DNA of 64,000 nt from an uncultured virus (IMG/VR IMGVR_UViG_3300029787_000028) (Duplodnaviria > Heunggongvirae > Uroviricota > Caudoviricetes > Crassvirales). The translations under genes were made by a program, and so were the position numbers. This document shows, piece by piece, positions 57,769-64,000 of this stretch. Numbering within the stretch: the stretch's first letter is position 1; each line of letters starts with the position of its first letter. The notes below the pieces were generated by a model. The model saw only the letters and a program-made list of their open reading frames with translations, had not been told where the DNA came from and did no database searches. Where the stretch lies: positions 1 to 64,000 of the IMG/VR virus record IMGVR_UViG_3300029787_000028; one strand, given 5' to 3'.

Positions 57769-58149
57769 TTAGTTTTTGTCTTCTTCACGCTTGATGAGCT
57801 TGCGTTCAAGCATGGCAATCTGGTCGTCACGCAAGGCTACGAGTTCACGCTGCTCACGCCACGCTTTCTTGTACACTTGTGTCTCATGATGCTCATCTTT
57901 GTGTGCTTTCTCAAGCTCTGCAATCTCGTCTGTCATCAGGGCCATGTTGGTCTTGAGTTCCTCGTTGCGCTCGCCCACCTCTACGTTCTCGTCGAGAAGC
58001 CTGTCAGCGTATTGCTTCATGTTGTTGTATGCGTGTTCAAGCTCATCGACTTCACTCTTGAGTTTCTCAACTTCATTGGTTGCAATCATGAGGCGGTCAT
58101 TGAGGGCGGCCTCAAGCCCTGTGTTTTTTGCGTATGTGTTCATCACCAA
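57769..58149 (-). CDS. Coiled-coil protein
   Basis: Heptad-rich sequence. Confidence 0.6.
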   Translation of the reverse strand: MVMNTYAKNTGLEAALNDRLMIATNEVEKLKSEVDELEHAYNNMKQYADRLLDENVEVGERNEELKTNMALMTDEIAELEKAHKDEHHETQVYKKAWREQRELVALRDDQIAMLERKLIKREEDKN

Positions 58150-58424
58150 TCAATTACTGCGTTGTGGTTTATTGTTGTGAGGTGTACTTCGTTGGAGAAC
58201 GGCAGGCTCTGCACAAAGAAGTCGTAGGTGTCGTCTGTCACGATCACGCCACGCACATCTAATGTGACGAGCGCGTCGTCTGGGTATTCGTACAGGGCGT
58301 CGATGAGTTCAGCTTTCGTCATGGTATTCGTTTTCGAGTTTGTAAAGGGTGTCCAGAACCTGTTGCAGTTCGTACTTGATGTCCGCCACTTTGTGGCAGA
58401 GGTCTGCGATGATTTCGTGTTTAG

Positions 58425-58520
58425 TCATTTGTCTTGGATGTGTCTGATTATGCATAGGATTCCCAGTGCTGTCAGGTACATGGATAGTCCTGACAGGCAG
58501 TAGATGTCGAACGTGGTCAT
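58425..58520 (-). CDS. 31-aa hydrophobic peptide
   Basis: MTTFDIYCLSGLSMYLTALGILCIIRHIQDK, translated by hand; ATGA-coupled to next ORF. Confidence 0.5.
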   Translation of the reverse strand: MTTFDIYCLSGLSMYLTALGILCIIRHIQDK

Positions 58521-58538
58521 GAATTAAAGTTTGAAAGT

Positions 58539-58573
58539 GGTGAGGTCGCCCCTCATAATCTTGACTTGATTGT
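58539..58573 (-). repeat. Dispersed intergenic repeat, copy A (copy B at 62074-62109)
   Basis: 32 of 36 aligned positions identical. Confidence 0.85.
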
Positions 58574-58581
58574 CGTGCGTG

Positions 58582-58647
58582 TGGAAGGGAGGTTGGGATT
58601 CGAACACAACTGCCATCGTATGATGTACGCACCATCTGCGCTCCCTT
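58582..58647 (-). ncRNA. CCA-ending tRNA-like RNA without an anticodon loop
   Basis: AAGGGAG/CTCCCTT-CCA, CGCA-GATGG-TGCG, CATC-ATAC-GATG, GTTCGAATC T loop. Confidence 0.6.
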
Positions 58648-58648
58648 G

Positions 58649-58687
58649 AAAAAGGTGGGGGTGGCATGACGTTTCATACACACCCCC
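58649..58687 (-). terminator. Hairpin / possible terminator
   Basis: GGGGGTG...CACCCCC then ACCTTTTT on minus strand. Confidence 0.5.
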
Positions 58688-58698
58688 TTGGTCAAACT

Positions 58699-58911
58699 TC
58701 ACTCAACCAAATACTTTTTGTACTGAACTACCATGTCAATCGCTTGAATCATGGCGTATGTCTTCTGTTGCTCGATGGTTCCTGCCACTTGTGGCTTGGG
58801 CAAAGTAAACTTAAAACAGCCTTCCTTGCAAATGTGCCCCATCGTGACACTACCCATCATGATCGCCTGTGCGATGTCATTTGTCAGCTTTATCTTCTCC
58901 TGATGTGTCAT
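58699..58911 (-). CDS. Hypothetical early protein
   Basis: ORF track. Confidence 0.55.
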   Translation of the reverse strand: MTHQEKIKLTNDIAQAIMMGSVTMGHICKEGCFKFTLPKPQVAGTIEQQKTYAMIQAIDMVVQYKKYLVE

Positions 58912-59341
58912 TCTTTTTTTTCTTCAATGGTGGGATGGTCACGAAGTGAATGTTGTGCTTCTTGAGTGCCTTCTCTTGCATCTGTGCAAGCTCCTTCACG
59001 AGGTTGAATTGTGTGTTGTCGTTGCTCATGTCAAATCAAATGCTGTGCCTTTGAAGGCGTTTTCGAGGATGCGTTTGTTGTTGCCGTCTGCATGATACCA
59101 TGTGTCGATGAGTCGATACATGAATCCACCGCAGGTCTTTTGGCGTTGCTCTAATTTTTCGCTCTGTGTCATGATTGTGGTGTGATGTTGAATGAACGGA
59201 CTTCGTAGAATTTTTGGTACCCATCCTTGTAGTTGTCCAACTGCCTCTGTGCTTGCTCTTTCTTCTCGAAGAAGGTGTGAGAGCCAAAGATTGCGTCAGA
59301 TGCAGGGTTGCCTGTGGTGACGTGTGATACTGCGTATAATG

Positions 59342-59533
59342 TCATGATTCTTGTTCTTGTTTTAAGAGTTCGAGGTGTTGGTCTGCTCTCCAGATGATTT
59401 CCTGCTTGGAGATTTGAACGTACACGTCTGGGTTGGAGGTCATGACGAGGATGGTGCCGTCGTCTTCGAGTTCAGCGGGGATTTCAAATCGCTCTAAGCA
59501 TTCGAGGCAATCTTGTAGTGTGATTTTATGCAT
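59342..59533 (-). CDS. Hypothetical early protein (MHKITLQD...)
   Basis: 3' part of ORF 59342..59770. Confidence 0.5.
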   Translation of the reverse strand: MHKITLQDCLECLERFEIPAELEDDGTILVMTSNPDVYVQISKQEIIWRADQHLELLKQEQES

Positions 59534-59834
59534 TGTCTTGAGTTTCAGTATTAAGTTTTGAGCATTCCTCGTAGTGCGAAGCCGTTGCGTCATCGACGTA
59601 GCCGCACTCATCGCATGGCTCAACTTCTTCGTATTGATAGTCGTCCTCGTCCTCCCACTCCGTGTAGTAGTAGTATTCGTCGTCGTATGCCTCCTGTGCG
59701 GTCTTGTATGATGTGTGCTCCTTGAGCCACCATTCGATGCCCACCTCTTCAGAGACATAGTATGCACCATCGCAGATGCAGAATCCTTTGTTCATGCCCT
59801 CTCCTGTGACGGAGCATTGTCTTGCGTACTTCAT
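59526..59834 (-). CDS. Acidic Cys-containing early protein (MKYARQC...)
   Basis: ATG 59834; YYYTEWED motif. Confidence 0.6.
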   Translation of the reverse strand: MKYARQCSVTGEGMNKGFCICDGAYYVSEEVGIEWWLKEHTSYKTAQEAYDDEYYYYTEWEDEDDYQYEEVEPCDECGYVDDATASHYEECSKLNTETQDNA

Positions 59835-59835
59835 G

Positions 59836-60171
59836 TCAGTGTGTTTTGCGTTTGATGTCGTTGCCTGTTTTGACGGACACGCTTCCGTCTGCATGGAGGT
59901 GATACTCGTACTCCTCCCACACCTCTGCGTCGATGGGGATGATGCCCCACCCTGTGTCCCGTGACGAGTCAAGTTTGTACTTCTGTGCGTCGAATGCGCT
60001 TGACCGCAGGAGTTGTGCGAGTTTGTAGTCAGGGTCGTCGCCCCGTGCCTCTGTGAAGGTTCTGTTGAACTCCTCAAGCCAAGGGAGGGTAGCTGTTTCG
60101 TACCCGTCCCAATGCTTGTATGCTTTCACGGAAGTCTGTCCCTCCACAATGATGGTTGCTCGTGTTGCCAT
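59836..60171 (-). CDS. Early protein with MATRA...YKHWDGY motif
   Basis: Recognisable phage Y.H.DGY pattern. Confidence 0.65.
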   Translation of the reverse strand: MATRATIIVEGQTSVKAYKHWDGYETATLPWLEEFNRTFTEARGDDPDYKLAQLLRSSAFDAQKYKLDSSRDTGWGIIPIDAEVWEEYEYHLHADGSVSVKTGNDIKRKTH

Positions 60172-60173
60172 GA

Positions 60174-60446
60174 TTAGCTGTATTTTTCTTCAATTCGTTG
60201 TTGAGTTGCTTCACAGCATTCCACCCATGCTTCCATATTGATGAGTGATACTGCGCCTCCTTTTTTACGTCGCTTTCGTTCGTCTTCAAGGATTTGCTCC
60301 TTGGCTTCGACGTAGTGGTCGAGGCCACGCTGAAGGCAGTCGAGGACTACCATTTGCACGAGTGCTCCGTGCTTGTTGTACCCTGTCATGAGATGTGACA
60401 TGAACTCGTCGTTGGTCATGTCCTTGATGTCGATGGGACTTTTCAT
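60174..60446 (-). CDS. Hypothetical early protein
   Basis: ORF track; AAACTTCACA motif upstream. Confidence 0.6.
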   Translation of the reverse strand: MKSPIDIKDMTNDEFMSHLMTGYNKHGALVQMVVLDCLQRGLDHYVEAKEQILEDERKRRKKGGAVSLINMEAWVECCEATQQRIEEKYS

Positions 60447-60467
60447 GGTTGTGAAGTTTGAGTTGTT

Positions 60468-60524
60468 TAGTGTGTTCGTGTGTTAGACTCTTCACTATGT
60501 TCAGAGTCTAACACACTCACACTA
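60468..60524. repeat. Long intergenic inverted repeat
   Basis: Perfect 14-bp stem GTGTGTTAGACTCT/AGAGTCTAACACAC plus outer TAGTGTG/CACACTA. Confidence 0.9.
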
Positions 60525-60678
60525 CATTAGTGGTTGGTGGGGTTGACTTCCCACACTTCGTCGAGATGATACCTGTGCTTGCGTTTCATATATTGTATGA
60601 AGTTATCATAGTGGTTCTTGTCACGGAATGTTTTACTAATAGTAAACTTCCTGCCATAGGGGATGATGAACTGAATTT

Positions 60679-61281
60679 TCAAGTCCATAGCTCACGAATC
60701 ATAAGCCATACGACGGCCTGCAAATGTGCAGGTGCATACCCCATGTCATGTGACATACGTTGGAACCTGCGTTCCATGATGTCATACTGCTTGGGTGTGA
60801 CGGTGGTTTCAAGGGGCTTGCGCTTGTTTGATACACTTTGGAATGCCAATAACATCCATGAATCAATTGTAACAGCATTCATGTCTTTTGCACCCACATT
60901 TAGAGCGAAGCGATGGGTCTTTCGACTCGTTTCTTGGATTGACTTGGTGCCTTTGGCAATGTTGAAAGCCTTGATTTTGTTCGTGTCAAATGTCGAACAC
61001 TTCACCATGTCATGTGATACGTTGTCACGAACTGCTTGACATACGTTCCATGCGTCAATCTTGTTGCGTTCCCACTTGTTTCTTGGGGAGAGGGCTGAGA
61101 TGACACCCCCTGCCATAACAGGGGAGATGTCAAACTTGTTAGCCATACTCAAAGCGAACTGCTGGGCTTCGTCATACCATACGAGGCCGTCTTGCTTCAT
61201 GTCATGTGATGCCATGTCATGCCAATGTGATACGTTACGCCGCATCTTGGACAGCGTCTTGTCAAATGTTTGTGGATTCAT
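60679..61281 (-). CDS. DUF7178-like (DNA glycosylase-like fold) early protein
   Basis: WYDEA, ALSPRNKWERN, KTHRF..N, VTIDSW, LQAVVW; ATG 61281. Confidence 0.6.
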   Translation of the reverse strand: MNPQTFDKTLSKMRRNVSHWHDMASHDMKQDGLVWYDEAQQFALSMANKFDISPVMAGGVISALSPRNKWERNKIDAWNVCQAVRDNVSHDMVKCSTFDTNKIKAFNIAKGTKSIQETSRKTHRFALNVGAKDMNAVTIDSWMLLAFQSVSNKRKPLETTVTPKQYDIMERRFQRMSHDMGYAPAHLQAVVWLMIRELWT

Positions 61282-61426
61282 TGCTGTTGATTGTTCAAGT
61301 ATGCCAAAGCATTCTTGATGGTGGTACATTGTGGCACATTTTCTGTTGTGCCGTCAGTGAAGTGCAACTTGTTGAGTTCTGGGGCATATGCATGGCGCTC
61401 AAGCCCAAGGATAGGATGGATTCTTT

Positions 61427-61717
61427 TCATGCTGTTTGCTTTGTGAGTTCGACGAAGTTGTCACCCCAATTGTCACACATGATCGTGTGCCTGCTCCCAT
61501 CATACCCTGTACATACGGGGTTGAAGCCTGTGATTTCGAGGTGTTGAAGGGCTTGCTTCAATGGGTCACCAATGGCGTAATCATATGACATGACTATGGT
61601 GTCTGTGTGGCTGAACTCCTTTGCGGCAGGTTCAATGATTGCAACTCTGGCACCAAGGGTGTTGGTGGGGCCAAGGAAGGCTACCTCAAGAAGGCGGTAG
61701 TTAGGTGTATCTGACAT
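61427..61717 (-). CDS. Hypothetical early protein
   Basis: FLGPTNTLGARV motif. Confidence 0.6.
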   Translation of the reverse strand: MSDTPNYRLLEVAFLGPTNTLGARVAIIEPAAKEFSHTDTIVMSYDYAIGDPLKQALQHLEITGFNPVCTGYDGSRHTIMCDNWGDNFVELTKQTA

Positions 61718-61950
61718 GATATGTGAAGTTTACTTGGTACGAAATTCTTTGAAGGCGATTCTGGCTTCGCCAAGGGCGTCGAGTTGTCTTTCGAGACGTT
61801 CGATTGTCCATTTTGCCTGCTCCATGATGTCCTTTTGGGCATGGAGGGCACGCTTGGTGGATTGCCAAACTTCTTCCTGTTTGTCCAGAGAGTCCATAAA
61901 GTCCAGCTCTGCTGGGTCAAAGGTCATGTGTGTATCTGACATGATATGTG
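61705..61950. repeat. 21-bp perfect direct repeat (61705-61725 and 61930-61950)
   Basis: GTGTATCTGACATGATATGTG spans both MSDT start codons. Confidence 0.9.
61730..61942 (-). CDS. Small coiled-coil early protein
   Basis: ORF track. Confidence 0.6.
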   Translation of the reverse strand: MSDTHMTFDPAELDFMDSLDKQEEVWQSTKRALHAQKDIMEQAKWTIERLERQLDALGEARIAFKEFRTK

Positions 61951-61952
61951 TA

Positions 61953-62057
61953 TTAGAGGCCTGAGCCGTTGTTCATGTTGAGCCAATCGTTCAACAGATT
62001 CCACAGAATCAACGTGGATATGATGATGACGCAAACGGAGATGATGGATGAAAGCAT
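61953..62057 (-). CDS. 34-aa hydrophobic peptide
   Basis: MLSSIISVCVIIISTLILWNLLNDWLNMNNGSGL, translated by hand. Confidence 0.5.
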   Translation of the reverse strand: MLSSIISVCVIIISTLILWNLLNDWLNMNNGSGL

Positions 62058-62151
62058 GGGGCATAAAAATTTTGGTGAGGACGGCCCTCATTATCTTAGA
62101 CTTGATTGTTGGGGGCACACATCACATCATATGATATGCACCCCCTTCACA

Positions 62152-62781
62152 TCACATCAACTCTGAAAGCTGACGGAGGGACAGGTCGCTGAAGCTGACT
62201 TCGTTGGCCGTTCCATCCAATGGGAACTCCAAATCAAGCTTCGCTTGGAAAGCCTTCAGCACCTCTTCCTTTTGAGCCTTCGCCCTTTGTGTGATACGTT
62301 CCGTGCTTCCGTTGGCCTTGCTGACCTCAGCGACAGCTTTCTGTGCTTCCTTGACGGAAGCCTTGGGCTTGTGCTTGGATGGTGTGATAGGTGTATCAGG
62401 GCGGCCATGGAAGGCTTTCTCTTGGCGGTCAGCTACCCTTTGGGTAGGGGTGGCTTTCTTGGTCGTCGTCTTACGACGCTTTGGCTTGGCCTTGGCTTTG
62501 GGCTTGGTCACCTTTGGTGGCTCTTGTGTCATACCCTGTGATACGAGGAACTGCTTGAACAACTCCATCATCTCATCAGCCCCTTGGGGCTGATCTGTGT
62601 GTGATACCTTAGGCTTGGGTGCCTTGGGTTTGGGGAGTTCGACTGCTTCAACGAACTCAAGGAGTTCATTGATGGCCTTTCGAGCAGCCCCTTTCTTCAC
62701 CTTGGAAGGTGAGAAGTAGAACTCATTGACTGAGACAGACACTGCCTTCAGCAGTGAAACACGATTGGTTGACTTTTTCAT
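62152..62781 (-). CDS. K/P/A-rich, histone-H1-like early protein
   Basis: KPKAPKPK, KPKAKAKPKRRK. Confidence 0.6.
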   Translation of the reverse strand: MKKSTNRVSLLKAVSVSVNEFYFSPSKVKKGAARKAINELLEFVEAVELPKPKAPKPKVSHTDQPQGADEMMELFKQFLVSQGMTQEPPKVTKPKAKAKPKRRKTTTKKATPTQRVADRQEKAFHGRPDTPITPSKHKPKASVKEAQKAVAEVSKANGSTERITQRAKAQKEEVLKAFQAKLDLEFPLDGTANEVSFSDLSLRQLSELM

Positions 62782-62887
62782 TGAAAATGAATTTGAAAAT
62801 GTGAAGTTTGAAGTTGAAAGGGAGGGGTCGTTACTGACACTGTTCGTAAGAACTCACAGTGTCTGTAACTCCCCCTCTGTTGGTTGG

Positions 62888-63028
62888 TCAGTCCATCAAC
62901 TCGTTGATGATGGCTTGCTGAAGGTCTGTCGAGAGTTCAAGGAACTCCGCATCATACCACAGGGTGGCAGGTGAAGGAGTCCAGAAGATTTCAAGCAAGG
63001 CTTGAACTTTGAGGGTTGAATTATCCAT
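62888..63028 (-). CDS. Small early protein (MDNSTLK...)
   Basis: ATG 63028 preceded by AAACTTCACA. Confidence 0.5.
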   Translation of the reverse strand: MDNSTLKVQALLEIFWTPSPATLWYDAEFLELSTDLQQAIINELMD

Positions 63029-63094
63029 CGAAGATGATTGTGAAGTTTGACAAGGGATAAACAGACCCCCCAAAGGGGGTCTGAGATACTGCTT

Positions 63095-63523
63095 TCAGCA
63101 GTGGTTGAAGAACTTGATTTTCTCTTCCAAAGGAAGAGAGCGAGCCCACTTACATTCCTCTTCGAGGACATCTTGGAATTTCATTCCAAAGGGTTGTAGC
63201 AGAGCTACAATGTTTCTGAACTCAACAACTGTGTTGTTGACTCTGTCAGAAGCAGCGAAGTAAACTTCGCCATCTTCGACATCGACTTCAAACAAGGTTC
63301 CCTTGTCAGTTTGGTACTGAGCAAATTGAACAAGTTCAAATTGCTGCTCTTCCAACTCTTCGAGTTGTGACTCGACTTCGTCGAATACTGCCTTCGGCAG
63401 CTTGATGTCCTTCGGACATTCGAAGACTCTGATGATTTCGTCAACGACGTAGTCGTTGTTGAACAGGGCTACAACTTCGTTGTAAGAGTACTGCTTCGCA
63501 GTAGGTTGAATTGATGTGTTCAT
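63095..63523 (-). CDS. Acidic first early protein (MNTSIQ...)
   Basis: ATG 63523 downstream of promoter and AAACTTCACA; E/D-rich. Confidence 0.6.
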   Translation of the reverse strand: MNTSIQPTAKQYSYNEVVALFNNDYVVDEIIRVFECPKDIKLPKAVFDEVESQLEELEEQQFELVQFAQYQTDKGTLFEVDVEDGEVYFAASDRVNNTVVEFRNIVALLQPFGMKFQDVLEEECKWARSLPLEEKIKFFNHC

Positions 63524-63564
63524 CGTAGATGAATTGTGAAGTTTGACTGGCAACATTGCCGCCA

Positions 63565-63596
63565 CAAAGGTATGGGCAACTTCTGGCAAAATCCAA
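63565..63596 (-). promoter_or_regulatory. Early promoter: -7 TACCTTTG and -33 TTG
   Basis: CAAAGGTA at 63565-63572 on +; TTG at 63594-63596, 21-nt spacer. Confidence 0.65.
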
Positions 63597-64000
63597 CCCT
63601 CTTCTTACTGCGCGATTTTTCCCGCGTGAAGGTTACGAAGTAACCCGTGCGAAAACAGGCGAAGAAGTGGCCTCGCGCCCAAGCATCATGCGGCGTATGT
63701 GCGAGGTTCGACGTTGTTAGTGTTAGTTGGTTGGGATAGTCAATAGCAAACCCTGTACGTTACTGTATGTGGTCCTTTGGACTGCGCGTGGTAAGGCGTA
63801 GGGGTTTTGTCCCCCTGATGGAATTGTCAATACTTTCCAGGGATTTGGCAGGGCCTTGGCCTTTCTCTTCCGTTGTTAGAACCCCTTGGGGTTCCAACAA
63901 AGCTGAAAAGATGTGGCAAAGTTGACCAAAGGTCAAGGGGAGGGGGGTCTCGCAGCGCATTTGTGTATGCAGGTGTAGACGTACACAGGTGTATATAATC

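Noticed and set aside
58309..58695. 128-aa minus-strand ORF as one gene
   Set aside because: Its 5' part crosses the hairpin, tRNA-like element and repeat; only the 3' MTKHEII segment looks like a gene
58539..62145. Hammerhead or HDV-like ribozymes in early intergenic structures
   Set aside because: No CUGAnGA/GAAA core or nested pseudoknot found by eye
1..64000. Stop-codon reassignment
   Set aside because: Long intact ORFs under code 11; TAA, TGA and TAG all end genes; no suppressor tRNA
1..64000. Prophage or integration module
   Set aside because: No integrase, att-like context or flanking host housekeeping genes in the window

Overview
This window is most of a tailed dsDNA phage genome with a podovirus, crAss-like-related virion module. 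The host is very probably a Bacteroidota (Flavobacteriales-type) bacterium, judged from repeated TAnnTTTG promoters, Gln-rule signal peptides and a type IX secretion (T9SS) sorting domain. There are two convergent arms. The + arm (1-49996) holds late genes: M15 endolysin, two paralogous fibres, a GroES-like protein, HNH, RNA genes, terminase, portal, capsid, tail ring and nozzle proteins, ejection proteins, a holin and a terminal four-gene envelope cassette. The - arm (49998-63589) holds replication/recombination genes (primase-helicase, resolvase, RecE-like exonuclease, annealing protein, SSB-like protein) and many small early genes. I saw no DNA polymerase, RNA polymerase or integrase. The genetic code looks standard. 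The first ORF is 5'-truncated, and there are two 10-N assembly gaps (738-747, 1336-1345). Best leads: (1) a phage-encoded T9SS cargo protein + beta-barrel + TM coiled-coil + CxxC-less thioredoxin operon (46172-49996); (2) a tRNA-like gene with a UAU anticodon hairpin placed before a D-like hairpin (10218-10294); (3) a CCA-ending tRNA mimic with no anticodon loop, plus a repeated structured leader in front of two small membrane peptides (58.4-58.7 kb and 62.0-62.1 kb); (4) a split tail-nozzle gene carrying about 840 aa of adhesin-like modules. All family assignments come from motif recognition by eye, not from database searches.
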